Below, in pieces: positions 7,942 through 17,547 of a DNA stretch of 64,000 bases. How positions within the stretch are numbered: position 1 is the first letter of the stretch; each line of letters opens with the position of its first letter. The stretch is from positions 3,086,921 to 3,150,920 of the forward strand of contig OZ220747.1 of NCBI GenBank assembly GCA_965117015.1. The letters are read 5' to 3'. A model generated the notes under the pieces. That model did not search any database. It was not told the DNA's origin and was given only the letters and a program-made list of their open reading frames with translations. Origin of the DNA: Acidimicrobiales bacterium. GTDB taxonomy: Bacteria > Actinomycetota > Acidimicrobiia > Acidimicrobiales > Aldehydirespiratoraceae. The translations under genes and the position numbers were made by a program.

Positions 7942-8868
7942 TCACGCATTGTTGAAGATCTCGGCGCTTTGGCGGATGTGGTCGGCTGCGGTGGCTTCGT
8001 CGTTCATGGGGAGCATGAAGATGTCGAAGCAGTGGCGGAGTTCGCCGATCCGGGCTGAGACCTCGGCCGGGGTTCCGGCCACGCCGTAGCGGTCGACTAG
8101 GGCGTCGGGCAGCAGCCTGGCCGCGTCGTGCATGCGGCCAGCCAGCATCAGGCGGCGGACCTCGGCGGTGGTGGCATCGTCCAGGCCGTCGGCCCGCCTG
8201 ACGTCGGCGGGGGCGTCCACCGCCATGTAGGAGAAGTGGGGCAGGACCCGGCGGCGCTCGGTGTCGTTGTAGGCCAGATAGGCGGACCAGGCGATCTGGG
8301 CGGAACCAGCCGAGCGGATCCGGTCGGCGGCAGCAGGCAGATCGGCGGGTGGTGCGGCCGACAGGATCACGCAGTCGGAATGCTCGGCCGCTAGGCGCTG
8401 CACTCTGGGCCCCCGGCCGGCGACCGCGATGGGCATCGGCTCATCGGGGTGGAACCACGGCAGGGACGCCTCCCCCACCGTCTCGCCTGCCAGCAGGCGC
8501 TGGTTGAGCTCGAACGTCTCGCGTAGCGCGGTGAAGGGGCGCTCCGGGTCCATCCCGAGCGGCTGGAGGACCCGGCTGCCGCCCACGCCGAGACCGTGCA
8601 TCACCCGGCCCGGTGCCAGCTCCGCCAGAGTGGCGATGGCGGCCGCGGTGGCCACCGGGTGCCTGCTGAAAGGGTTGGTGATGGCTGGGGCGACGGTCAA
8701 GCCGGTGGCCTCGACGATGGCCGTCAACGCCACATAGACGTCGCGCTCGGTGCCCTCGTCGGCCACGAAGCACATCTCGGCTCCCAGCGACTCTCCCAGG
8801 CGGGCCAACTCGACCAGGCGGCGAACCGGCTGGGTGGGCTCGAACCACACTCCCCACCGCACACTCAT
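7942..8868 (-). CDS. LLM-class F420-dependent oxidoreductase
   Basis: C-terminal 308 aa of track ORF 7942..9501, starting MSVRWGVWFEPTQPVRRLVELARLGESLGAEMCFVADEG. The upstream extension is Arg/Gly/Pro-rich shadow sequence and overlaps a real gene in another frame. Confidence 0.75.
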   Translation of the reverse strand: MSVRWGVWFEPTQPVRRLVELARLGESLGAEMCFVADEGTERDVYVALTAIVEATGLTVAPAITNPFSRHPVATAAAIATLAELAPGRVMHGLGVGGSRVLQPLGMDPERPFTALRETFELNQRLLAGETVGEASLPWFHPDEPMPIAVAGRGPRVQRLAAEHSDCVILSAAPPADLPAAADRIRSAGSAQIAWSAYLAYNDTERRRVLPHFSYMAVDAPADVRRADGLDDATTAEVRRLMLAGRMHDAARLLPDALVDRYGVAGTPAEVSARIGELRHCFDIFMLPMNDEATAADHIRQSAEIFNNA

Positions 8869-9467
8869 GAGGCTTGCTCCTCCCGCTCGGCCCGGCCTTG
8901 GCGCAACGACTCGCGGCCCAACGGTATGTACTGCACCGCGGACAGGTAGCTGTAGACGAGCGAGGGGACTGCGCAGACCCATCCCGCGACCCTGAAGCCG
9001 TCGGCCACCGCTATGTCGGAGGCGCCGGCCAGCAGCAGGGGGAAGCAGAAGTACAGGCCGAAGGTGGCGCACTTGCCCCACCAGGTGACGTCGATCGGTT
9101 TGGCGCCCAGCGACAGCAGCACCAGCCCGACGACGGCGACGATCCCCTCCCTGGCCAGGGTGAGGATCACCAGCCACCAGGGCACCGAGCCATCGATGCC
9201 GACCGCGAAGACTCCGACCAGCAGCACGGCCCGGTCGGTGATCGGGTCGAGCATCTTGCCGACCTTGCTGACCGAGTTGAAGCGTCGGGCCCACCAGCCG
9301 TCCACCCAGTCGGTGGCGCCGAGCGCTCCCCACAGCAGCGCCGCCCCCCAGCGGTCCCCGGAGCTGAACAGCAGCCACAGGAACCAGGGGATGCAGGCCA
9401 GCCGGGCCGCCGAGATCAGGTTGGGGACGGTGAGGATCCGGTCCTCGCCGGTGCTCGGGTCGGCCAT
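8865..9467 (-). CDS. CDP-alcohol phosphatidyltransferase family protein (PgsA-like)
   Basis: 200-aa membrane ORF with signature DWVDGWWARRFNSVSKVGKMLDPITDR (D-x2-DG-x2-AR...G-x3-D-x3-D). ATGA overlap with the downstream gene. Confidence 0.85.
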   Translation of the reverse strand: MADPSTGEDRILTVPNLISAARLACIPWFLWLLFSSGDRWGAALLWGALGATDWVDGWWARRFNSVSKVGKMLDPITDRAVLLVGVFAVGIDGSVPWWLVILTLAREGIVAVVGLVLLSLGAKPIDVTWWGKCATFGLYFCFPLLLAGASDIAVADGFRVAGWVCAVPSLVYSYLSAVQYIPLGRESLRQGRAEREEQAS

Positions 9468-9491
9468 GGGTCTTCAGCCTACGATCAGGGG

Positions 9492-9893
9492 ATGCCCACA
9501 ATCTTCACCCGGATCATCGACGGCGAGATACCCGGCCGGTTCGTGTGGCGCGACGACACCTGCGTCGCGTTCATGGACGTGCGGCCCCTCAACCGGGGCC
9601 ACGTGCTGGTGGTGCCCCGAGCGGAGGTCGACCACTGGGTGGACCTCGACGCCGACACCGTGGCCCATCTGATGGCGGTGGCCCACCGGGTGGCCGAGGC
9701 CCAGAGGGCCGCCGGGCTGGCCCCGGACCGGGTGGGCCTGATGATCGCCGGCTTTGAGGTGCCCCACGTGCACGTCCACGTCGTGCCCATCTCGACCATG
9801 GCCCATCTCGACTTCTCGAACGCCGACACCAGCCCCGACCCCGCCGACCTGGACGCGGTCGCCACCTCGCTGCAGGAGCACCTCAGCTACTGA
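9492..9893 (+). CDS. HIT family (histidine triad) nucleotide hydrolase
   Basis: Starts MPTIFTRIIDGEIPGRFVWRDD. Histidine triad HVHVHVVP is present. Confidence 0.85.
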   Translation: MPTIFTRIIDGEIPGRFVWRDDTCVAFMDVRPLNRGHVLVVPRAEVDHWVDLDADTVAHLMAVAHRVAEAQRAAGLAPDRVGLMIAGFEVPHVHVHVVPISTMAHLDFSNADTSPDPADLDAVATSLQEHLSY

Positions 9894-10605
9894 AGATGTC
9901 GAGCGGTTCGGACGGCTCGATGAGGTGGGCGCCGTTGTTGCGGGCGCTGTTCACCTCGGTCGACACCGGATGCATCCGGATCAGTCCCGGCGGCGCGGGC
10001 ACGAGCAGGCTGGTGGCGGTCTCAGCGTCGCTGATGGCGGGGTCCAGCCATAGGTCCCAGGCGCTGGGCGGCAGCACTACCGGCATCCGGTCGTGCACCT
10101 TGGCCATCGCCTCGTTGGCCTCGCAGGTGATGATGGTGCACGAGTGCAGCTCGAAGGGCTCGCCGTCGTCGTCGGGGTTGTCCTTGTCGCGCCACTGCTC
10201 CCAGAGGCCGGCGAAGGCGAAGGGCTCGCCGTCGGGACGGCTGATGAACATGGGCTGCTTGTGCTTGGTGCCCTCCAGGCGGCGCCATTCGTAGAACCCG
10301 TCGGCCGGGATGATGCAGCGCCGGCGGGTGAGGGCCACCCTGAAGGCGTTCTTGGTGGCCACCGTCTCGGCCCGGGCGTTGATCATCCGGTTGCCGATCT
10401 TGGGGTCCTTGGCCCAGAACGGCACCAGTCCCCAGTGCAGCCCGTCGAGGCTCCGGGCCCCGTCCCGCTCCCGCACGGCGTAGACGGTCTGCGTCGGCGC
10501 GACGTTGTGGTTGGGCGCCAGAGTGAGGTCGGGCGGCGGTGCCGCGGCACCGAAGTAGTTGGCCAGCTCGTCGGGCGGGGTGGCCGACACGTAACGCCCG
10601 CACAT
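9883..10605 (-). CDS. SOS response-associated peptidase (SRAP/YedK family)
   Basis: 240-aa ORF beginning MCGRY (catalytic Cys2) with WGLVPFWAKD and FYEW motifs. Confidence 0.85.
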   Translation of the reverse strand: MCGRYVSATPPDELANYFGAAAPPPDLTLAPNHNVAPTQTVYAVRERDGARSLDGLHWGLVPFWAKDPKIGNRMINARAETVATKNAFRVALTRRRCIIPADGFYEWRRLEGTKHKQPMFISRPDGEPFAFAGLWEQWRDKDNPDDDGEPFELHSCTIITCEANEAMAKVHDRMPVVLPPSAWDLWLDPAISDAETATSLLVPAPPGLIRMHPVSTEVNSARNNGAHLIEPSEPLDIFSS

Positions 10606-10616
10606 GGAACCGGAAG

Positions 10617-11687
10617 CTAGCTGGGCCGCGGCGGAGCGATCCGGTCGAGGGCGGCGACGGCCTCGGCCACGATCCGATCGATCAGCTCGGCGCAGGTGGG
10701 CAGGTCGTCAACGACGCCCACGCATTGGCCAGTCGGCAGGACGCCGGCGTCGATGTCGCCGTCCACCATGGTTGCCCGGGTCAGCATGGGGGCGTTGGCC
10801 GCCATCGCCATCTGGCTCCAGGTCAGGTCCTGGCTGCGGCGTATGGCCAGCCCCTCCCGCAGCATCGCCGTCATCGACATGCCGGTGAGGCCCCGGAACC
10901 GCCATGCATTGACCGCGGCCCGTGCCATCCGGGTGATCCGGGCCGATTCCAGCGATTCGACCAGGCGGGTGCGGATCACCCGCTGGGGCTTGCCGTCGAT
11001 GCTGCTCGATACCACGGTGCCGGTGACCGGCGTGCCCAGGTACACCGCCTTGACCTCGTCCGGCACCGTGGACTCGGCAGTGAGCAGGAAGCGGGTGCCC
11101 ATGGCCACCCCGTCGGCGCCCCACGCCAGGGCCGCGGCCAAGCCTCGACCGTCGTGGAAGCCGCCGGCGGCGATCACCGGCACATCCACCGCGTCGAGCA
11201 CCTGGGGCAACAGCAGCGAAGTGGGTATCGAGCCGGTGTGACCGCCCCCCTCGCCGCCCTGGCACAGGATGACGTCTGCGCCGAGTTCGGCCATCTTCTC
11301 GGCATGGCGGCGGGCCCCCACGGTCGGCATGACCAGCACACCGCCGTCCCGCAGCCGCTGCAGCACCGGAGCCGGCGGCGGGCCGGCGAAGCTGGCCACC
11401 CTCACGCCGGCCTCCACCAGGCGGTCGGCCCGGTCGTCCAGGTCGGCCGCGTCGGGGCGCAGGTTCACCCCGAAGGGCTGATCGGTGCGGGACCGGACCT
11501 CGGCGATGGCGGCGTCCATCTCGTCGAGGGTCATGGTGGCCGAGGCCAGGATCCCGAGTCCGCCCGCCGCGGCGGTGCCGGTCACCAGCGACGGCCCGGC
11601 CACCCATCCCATCCCGGTCTGCACAATGGGATAGTCGATGCCGAACAGCTCTGTGGCCCGGGTCCGGAGCCGCTGGTCGACGCTCAC
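10617..11687 (-). CDS. nitronate monooxygenase family (NAD(P)H-dependent flavin oxidoreductase)
   Basis: 356-aa ORF. FGIDYPIVQTGMGWVAG and QGGEGGGHTG motifs are typical of the NMO / 2-nitropropane dioxygenase family. Confidence 0.8.
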   Translation of the reverse strand: MSVDQRLRTRATELFGIDYPIVQTGMGWVAGPSLVTGTAAAGGLGILASATMTLDEMDAAIAEVRSRTDQPFGVNLRPDAADLDDRADRLVEAGVRVASFAGPPPAPVLQRLRDGGVLVMPTVGARRHAEKMAELGADVILCQGGEGGGHTGSIPTSLLLPQVLDAVDVPVIAAGGFHDGRGLAAALAWGADGVAMGTRFLLTAESTVPDEVKAVYLGTPVTGTVVSSSIDGKPQRVIRTRLVESLESARITRMARAAVNAWRFRGLTGMSMTAMLREGLAIRRSQDLTWSQMAMAANAPMLTRATMVDGDIDAGVLPTGQCVGVVDDLPTCAELIDRIVAEAVAALDRIAPPRPS

Positions 11688-11814
11688 GGCTGCACCCTAC
11701 CGGCCGCTCCCCTTCTACTCGGGCGACTCACACGGCCGTCCCCGGCGTGGTGCGGCCAGCCGCCTATCCTGCGAATGCTCTTACAAACGGCGTGCACGGA
11801 AGGGGGTGGACGCG

Positions 11815-12849
11815 ATGGCCCGAAGGCTCACTGAGTTCAGCCACGGCGCTGGTTGAGCCTGCAAGATCGCCCCCGGCGATCTCGCGCACGTGGTGCGCGG
11901 CCTAACCCCTGACCCCCCGCCGGAGTTGCTTGTCGGCCTGGCCACCGGTGACGACGCCGCCGTGTGGCGGATCGGCCGCGGCCGTGCCCTGGTCCTGACC
12001 GCCGACTTCATCACGCCGGTGGTGGACGACGCGCGCACTTGGGGCCGCATCGCGGCCACCAACGCGGTGTCCGACGTGTACGCCATGGGCGGGAGGCCCC
12101 TGCTGGCACTGAACCTGGTGGCCTGGAACTCCGAGGAACTGTCCAACGACCTGCTGGCCGAGGTGCTGGCCGGGGGCGAGGACGCCGCCCGGGCCGGCGG
12201 TTTCGTGGTGGGCGGCGGCCACACGGTCGACGATCCCGAGCCCAAGTACGGGATGGCCGTGGTGGGCGAGGTCAATCCGGGGCGCATGCTCACCAACGCC
12301 GGCCTGCGTCCGGGCAGTGCGCTGGTCCTGACCAAGCCGCTGGGCACGGGGATCATCTCGACCGCCATCAAGCGGGCCGAGGCCCGCCCAGAGGTGGTGG
12401 ACCGGGCCGTCGGGGAGATGACCCGGTCCAACGCCAACGCGGCCGAGGCCGCCATGCGGCACGGGGCCACCGCGGCCACCGACGTGACCGGCTTCGGCCT
12501 GCTGGGCCACGGCCTGCGGATGGCCCAGGAGTCGGGCGTCGACCTGGAGATCTCCGTCGGCGACGTGCCGATCATCGAGGGAGCGCGGGAGCTGGCCGCG
12601 CTGGGCACCGTCCCCGGCGGGACCCAGCGCAACCTCGACTGGGTGTCGCCCCATCTCGACCGCGGCGACGCCGGGGAGGCGGCCGTGACCCTGCTGGCCG
12701 ACGCTCAGACCTCAGGGGGACTGTTACTGGGCATGGTCAGCCACGACGCCGGCCTGGCCGCCGTCACCGAGCTGAGGGCCTCAGGCCACGAGGCCGCCAT
12801 CATCGGCGAGGTCACCGAAGGCTCCGGCCGCATCCGCCTCCAGCCCTGA
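11815..12849 (+). CDS. selD: selenide, water dikinase SelD with in-frame TGA (probable selenocysteine) at 11854-11856
   Basis: Track ORFs 11638..11856 (ends ...MARRLTEFSHGAG-stop) and 11890..12849 are in the same frame. Joined, they read MARRLTEFSHGAG-U-ACKIAPGDLAHV. This matches the SelD N-terminal glycine-rich loop, where the catalytic Cys/Sec sits. The rest is AIR-synthase-like SelD sequence. RBS GGAAGGGGG lies upstream. Confidence 0.85.
11860..11886 (+). promoter_or_regulatory. candidate SECIS hairpin downstream of the selD UGA
   Basis: AGATCGCC (11864-11871) pairs with GGCGATCT (11875-11882). The stem can extend by TGC/GCG across an A/C mismatch. It starts 4-8 nt after the TGA. Confidence 0.5.
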
Positions 12850-12858
12850 GATCGCAGG

Positions 12859-13662
12859 TCAGTCGAGAAGGTCGGGCTGCTCTCGGACTATCTCGGTGTA
12901 CAGAGGCTGGAACGTGAACCACATGGCCAGGCCGGTGCCGACCATCGAGTAGGTGTGGCGGGCGACGTCGTCACCGATGTCGATCGGGTCGCCGGCGGCC
13001 TCGGCCAGCATCTGGGACTGGCAGGCCCGGTCCATGGCCACGAAGGCGCCCGCGGCCGCGTCCACCGACGCGCCCACGGTGAGCAGGCCGTGGTTCTGGA
13101 GGATGGCGGCCTTGCAGTCGCCCAGCGCGGCCGCGATGCGCTTGCCCTCGTCGAGCTCCATAACCACGCCGCTGTAGCCGTCGAAGATCACGTGGTCGTC
13201 GTAGAAGGCGCAGGCGTCCTGGGTCAGCGGCCGCAGCGGCCGCCCCAACGCCGAGAACGACTTGCCGTGCATCGAGTGGCTGTGGGCCGCAGCCACCACG
13301 TCGGGACGAGCCGCGTGGATCTGGGAGTGGATGGCGAAGGCCGCGCCGTTCAGGAGCGCGCCCTCACCGTCGACGATGTTGCCGTCGGAGTCCACCCGGA
13401 TCAGGCTCGATGTCGTGATGTGGGAGAACGGCACACCCCACGGGTTGACCCAGAACGTCTCGGGATCCTCCGGGTCGCGCACGGTGACATGGCCGGCCGC
13501 GCCCACCGCTCCGTCCTCGAACCCGAACTTGGCGAAGATCCGGTAGGTGGCGGCCAGGCGCTGCTTGCGGTGCAGCCGCTCCTCCTCCACCGTGTCGAAG
13601 GTGGGCAGGTACCACGGCGAGTCCAACATCGGTTCGCCCTCGCTGCCCTGATCAGTGCTCAT
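12859..13662 (-). CDS. class II aldolase/adducin family protein
   Basis: 267-aa ORF. GHVTVRDP and AAHSHSMHG (metal-binding His cluster) are typical of the family. Confidence 0.8.
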   Translation of the reverse strand: MSTDQGSEGEPMLDSPWYLPTFDTVEEERLHRKQRLAATYRIFAKFGFEDGAVGAAGHVTVRDPEDPETFWVNPWGVPFSHITTSSLIRVDSDGNIVDGEGALLNGAAFAIHSQIHAARPDVVAAAHSHSMHGKSFSALGRPLRPLTQDACAFYDDHVIFDGYSGVVMELDEGKRIAAALGDCKAAILQNHGLLTVGASVDAAAGAFVAMDRACQSQMLAEAAGDPIDIGDDVARHTYSMVGTGLAMWFTFQPLYTEIVREQPDLLD

Positions 13663-13717
13663 GGCCGGATCGTAGCGCCGACCGCTCAGGGGTTCGCCTG
13701 CGCCTGCCGCTGTGCGA

Positions 13718-14872
13718 TCAGTGGCTCCGATCTGCCGGACGCCGGCCGGTCGGCGCTCCTCCGAGAGGCTGTGCGACCGTTCTGGTGGCGAATACGCCGA
13801 TGGCCGCGGCGAACATCAGCCCGCTGCCGACGATGCCGAGGACGGTGGCTCCGGCGCTGTCGAGGAGCAGGCCGCCCAGCAACGGTCCTCCGGCGCGGCC
13901 TGCGGCCATCAGCGCCTGGGCGTCGCCGACGCGCTCCTCGGGGTAGCGGGAGCGGCTGGCCAGCACCTCGAACACGCCCGGAATGGCGGCCCAGAAGAAG
14001 AACCCCCACACCACCAGCGCGCCCAGGAACAGCCACGACCAGTCGGCCGTCGCGACCACGATCGCACAGACCGCGGTGGCGGCCATCCACGGGCTCGGGA
14101 ACCTGCGGGTGACCCTCAGACGAGCGCCGGGGATGGCGACCACCGCGTTGAGGCTGAAGCCGATCGCGACCAGCGCCACCGACAGCCCCGGATCGCCCGT
14201 TCCCAACACCACGGCGTAGATGAACACCGCCGACCCGCCCAGTGTGAACAGGCCCAGGCAGACCAGCAGCACCCGGGCTGCCGGCACCGCCCGATGGCGC
14301 GCCCGGTCCGTGGGAAGCTCCCGGACCTCGCTGCGGAACCCGAACGCGAGCGGGACCAGCGACACTCCGGCCAGCGCCGCGAAGACCAGCCTCGGACCGC
14401 CCGCGTCCAGCAGCAACGACACCAGCGGCGCAGCCACCACCCCGACCACGGGCCCGGCCACGGCCACATCGCCCATGCGGCGGTCGTCGCCGAAGGCCTG
14501 AACCCAGCCGTACCAGGCCAGCAGGCCCAGGGCCACGCCGCTGACCAGACGCAGCGGCACCAGCAGCGCGAACGGTGGCAGGGCGGCCGACACGAGGTTG
14601 GCGGCCGCCGCGGCCAGCAGTGAGGAAACGAAGACCGGCTCGCGGGGCTGCAGCCAGCGTCCGGCACCCCAGGAGGCGATCACGAAGCCGCCGAGTTGGA
14701 ACACACCGATCAGCGACGCCACGCCGAGGCTGATGCCGTAGTAGTCGGCGATCTCGGGCAGCAGGAACGGCGTCGACACGAAGGCCAGCACGCTGAAGCC
14801 GACCGCGAGCAGGATCCCGACCTTGACGGTGGGCCGCAGCAGGTAGACGAGGCGTACCGGAATCTGCATCAA
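13718..14872 (-). CDS. MFS transporter
   Basis: 384-aa ORF, about 12 hydrophobic segments, Ala/Gly/Leu/Val-rich. Confidence 0.75.
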   Translation of the reverse strand: MMQIPVRLVYLLRPTVKVGILLAVGFSVLAFVSTPFLLPEIADYYGISLGVASLIGVFQLGGFVIASWGAGRWLQPREPVFVSSLLAAAAANLVSAALPPFALLVPLRLVSGVALGLLAWYGWVQAFGDDRRMGDVAVAGPVVGVVAAPLVSLLLDAGGPRLVFAALAGVSLVPLAFGFRSEVRELPTDRARHRAVPAARVLLVCLGLFTLGGSAVFIYAVVLGTGDPGLSVALVAIGFSLNAVVAIPGARLRVTRRFPSPWMAATAVCAIVVATADWSWLFLGALVVWGFFFWAAIPGVFEVLASRSRYPEERVGDAQALMAAGRAGGPLLGGLLLDSAGATVLGIVGSGLMFAAAIGVFATRTVAQPLGGAPTGRRPADRSH

Positions 14873-14992
14873 TCGAAACTACCGTCGCCGATTCGGACCA
14901 CTCGTGTGGCACGGGGTGACATCGGCCACATGACGCCGGGCCGATGGTGCGAGACTGGCCGTATCAAGAGCCGTGACAACAGGAGGGCGGTG

Positions 14993-15892
14993 ATGGCTCA
15001 GCGGCTGTGCGAGGGACGGGTGGCGCTGGTCACCGGAGCCAGCAAGGGTGGCACCGGCACGGCCATCGCACTGCGCTTGGCGGCCGAGGGAGCCCGGGTG
15101 GCAATCACGGCCCGCAGCGTCGACGGCTTGGAATCCACCCAGTCACGCATCCGCGATCTGGGCGGCGAGTGTCTGGTGCTGCCGTCGGATCTGAGCGACC
15201 CCTACGGCGCTCGGACGGAGTTGGTGGCCCGCACCGAGGCCGAGTTCGGTCCCGTCGACATCCTGGTCAACAACGCTGCGGCCGGCGGGTACGGCGCTTT
15301 CGAGTCTGTCGGGCCCGAGCGCCTGGAGCGGGCCCTTCAGGTGAACCTGTGGGCACCGTGGGAGCTGATGGCGGACGTCGTCGGCGGGATGCGCGAGCGG
15401 GGCTGGGGAGCGATCGTCAACATCACGACGTTCTCGGCCGAGCTGCCACCCGGTCCGCCGTTCCCGACCAACAAGCCGTCCAAGGCCGGGGCCATGTACG
15501 GGGCCAGCAAGGCCGCCCTGAACCGGCTCACGGTCTCCGTGGCCAGCGAGTGCGAAGGCCAGGGCATCGCGGTGAACGCCCTGTCGCCCCAGGGTGCCAT
15601 CGCCACCCCCGCTCTGGTGGCCGCGGGTTGGGTGGAGGGCGCGATGTTCGAACCGCTGGAGACGATGGCCGAGGCAACGCTGGCCCTGTGCACGGCCGAT
15701 CCTGCGGTGCTGACCGGCCGGATCGCTTTCAGCCTCCAGCTGCTGGTGGAGTTGCAGCGCCCGGTGCTCGACTTGCAGGGTGAGGAGCTGGTGGAGGGCT
15801 GGCAGCCCGAGGACCTGCCCGGCATCATCGCCCGCCAGGAGGAGAGCCTCGCCGGCCGGGGCTGGCCCGACGCCTACCGCTTCGGCCGGTGA
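14993..15892 (+). CDS. SDR family oxidoreductase
   Basis: Trimmed to the ATG after RBS AGGAGG: MAQRLCEGRVALVTGASKGGTGTAIA. NNAA and YGASKAAL catalytic motifs are present. Confidence 0.8.
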   Translation: MAQRLCEGRVALVTGASKGGTGTAIALRLAAEGARVAITARSVDGLESTQSRIRDLGGECLVLPSDLSDPYGARTELVARTEAEFGPVDILVNNAAAGGYGAFESVGPERLERALQVNLWAPWELMADVVGGMRERGWGAIVNITTFSAELPPGPPFPTNKPSKAGAMYGASKAALNRLTVSVASECEGQGIAVNALSPQGAIATPALVAAGWVEGAMFEPLETMAEATLALCTADPAVLTGRIAFSLQLLVELQRPVLDLQGEELVEGWQPEDLPGIIARQEESLAGRGWPDAYRFGR

Positions 15893-15939
15893 ACTTCAAG
15901 CGATAAACCACATCTGGTGTGGCTAACGGCTTGAAGTTC
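15891..15939 (-). repeat. 49-nt nested-palindrome intergenic element, copy B (inverted orientation)
   Basis: The plus strand reads GAACTTCAAGCGATAAACCACATCTGGTGTGGCTAACGGCTTGAAGTTC. Its reverse complement aligns with copies A and C. The first two nt overlap the TGA stop of the SDR gene. Confidence 0.85.
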
Positions 15940-16018
15940 CGGCTGCATCCCGACTCGGCCACCGACAGCGCTCGTGGTGGGCCATGATGGTCACAGCAAG
16001 TCCCAGCAAAGGAGTCGC

Positions 16019-16756
16019 ATGTTCGATCTGAGTGGACGCACCGCTCTGGTGACAGGCGCAGGTCAGAACATCGGTGCCGGGATCGCTAAGGGTCTGGCTG
16101 GCCAGGGTGCCCACGTGGTCGTCAACGACTATTTCGCCGATCGGGCCCAGGCGACGGCCGACGAGATCATGGCGGCGGGCGGAAGCGCGGTGCCCAGCGT
16201 GTTCGACGTGACCGACCTGGACGCGGTCACAGAGGCCGTGGCCGGTATCGGGGTGATCGACATCCTGGTCAACAACGCCGGACTAGCCGGCCCGACCGAC
16301 ATGAAGGCGGAGCAGTTCCGCGGCATGGATCCGGCCGACTGGGCGGCCGCCGTCGACGTGAACCTCCACGGGGTCATGAACTGCTGCCACGCCGTGCTCG
16401 ACGGCATGTGCGATCAGGGCTGGGGCCGCATCATCACCATCTCGTCCGCCGCGGGCACCCACGGCGTGAACATCGGGGTGGCTCCCTACAGCGCGGGCAA
16501 GGGCGGCGGTCTGGCCTTCACTCGCTCGCTGGCCCTGGAGGTTGCCCGCTCGGGCGTGACGGCCAACACGTTGGCTCTGGGCCTCTTCGAACGCAAGAAC
16601 CGGGAGATAACCGAGCACTTCGCCAGGGCGGTGCCGGTAGGCCGTACTGGCCGGCCCTCCGACGTGGCCGCCGCCTGCATATGGCTCGCCTCAGACGAGG
16701 CCGAGTGGGTCACAGCCCAGACCATCGGCATCAACGGCGGCTCGCTAACGAGTTGA
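16019..16756 (+). CDS. SDR family oxidoreductase (FabG-like)
   Basis: MFDLSGRTALVTGAGQNIGAGIA after RBS AAGGAG. NNAG and YSAGKGG motifs are present. Confidence 0.85.
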   Translation: MFDLSGRTALVTGAGQNIGAGIAKGLAGQGAHVVVNDYFADRAQATADEIMAAGGSAVPSVFDVTDLDAVTEAVAGIGVIDILVNNAGLAGPTDMKAEQFRGMDPADWAAAVDVNLHGVMNCCHAVLDGMCDQGWGRIITISSAAGTHGVNIGVAPYSAGKGGGLAFTRSLALEVARSGVTANTLALGLFERKNREITEHFARAVPVGRTGRPSDVAAACIWLASDEAEWVTAQTIGINGGSLTS

Positions 16757-16776
16757 CCGCCGAGAAGGAAGGATCC

Positions 16777-17547
16777 ATGAGACTCGAGGGAAAGGTGGCG
16801 CTGATCACCGGGACGGCCAGCGGGATCGGGCGGGCCACTGCGCTGCGTTTCGCTGAGGAGGGCGCCCGGGTGGTGGCGGCCGACATCGTCGAGGCCAACC
16901 ACGAGACGGTCGAGATAATTCGGGCGGCTGGCGGCGAGGCCACCGCGGTTCACGCCGACGTGTCCGACGACGCGGAGGTCGCGCTGGCCGTGAAGACCGC
17001 GGAGTCCACCTACGGGCAGTTGGACATCGCCTTCAACAACGCGGGGATCATGCTGGCCGACGACGCCGATGCCGTCGCCACCACCACCGAGACCATCGAC
17101 AAGACCCTGGCCGTCAACCTGAAGGGCGTGCTGTACGGCTGCCGCCATCAGATACCGGCCATGCGCCGGGCCGGAGGAGGCTCGATCATCAACACGGCGT
17201 CGTTCGTGGCGTCGGTGGGCGCGGCCACTCCCCAGATCGCCTACACCGCCTCCAAGGGCGCGGTGCTGTCGCTTACCCGCGAGCTGGCCGTGATCCACGC
17301 CCGGGAGAACATCCGAGTCAACGCCCTGTCGCCGGGTCCGTTGCGCACCGAACTGCTGATGTCGTACCTCGACACCGAGGAGAAGCGCCAACGGCGTCTG
17401 GTACACGTCCCCATGGGCCGCTTTGGCGAGGCCACTGAGATGGCCTCAGCCGCCCTGTTCCTGGCCTCCGACGACTCGTCGTACATGACCGGCGCCAACC
17501 TGCTGGTAGACGGCGGCCTGACCGCCGCCTACGTCACCCCCGAGTAG
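16777..17547 (+). CDS. SDR family oxidoreductase
   Basis: MRLEGKVALITGTASGIGRATA after RBS GAAGGAAGG. NNAG and YTASKGAV motifs are present. Confidence 0.85.
   Translation: MRLEGKVALITGTASGIGRATALRFAEEGARVVAADIVEANHETVEIIRAAGGEATAVHADVSDDAEVALAVKTAESTYGQLDIAFNNAGIMLADDADAVATTTETIDKTLAVNLKGVLYGCRHQIPAMRRAGGGSIINTASFVASVGAATPQIAYTASKGAVLSLTRELAVIHARENIRVNALSPGPLRTELLMSYLDTEEKRQRRLVHVPMGRFGEATEMASAALFLASDDSSYMTGANLLVDGGLTAAYVTPE

Noticed and set aside
7942-9501. Single 519-aa ORF spanning 7942..9501.
   Set aside because: Only the C-terminal 308 aa (from MSVRWGVWF) looks like a protein (LLM oxidoreductase). The N-terminal extension is shadow sequence overlapping the genuine CDP-alcohol phosphatidyltransferase gene (8865..9467) in another frame.
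11862-11872. The word CAAGATCGCCC, shared between the selD SECIS candidate, the PucR-region promoter (minus strand near 25204) and 34987-34997, considered as a possible common motif.
   Set aside because: In selD it is simply the codons AAG ATC GCC. A GC-rich 10-11-mer recurring three times in a GC-rich 64 kb is weak evidence, so it was not used to support the promoter-motif finding.
17534-17547. 14-nt overlap of the convergent SDR and acyl-CoA dehydrogenase genes, and the 11-nt overlap of HIT/SRAP at 9883-9893, considered as possible antisense regulation.
   Set aside because: Short convergent 3' overlaps are common in compact GC-rich genomes, and nothing else in the sequence suggests a special mechanism.
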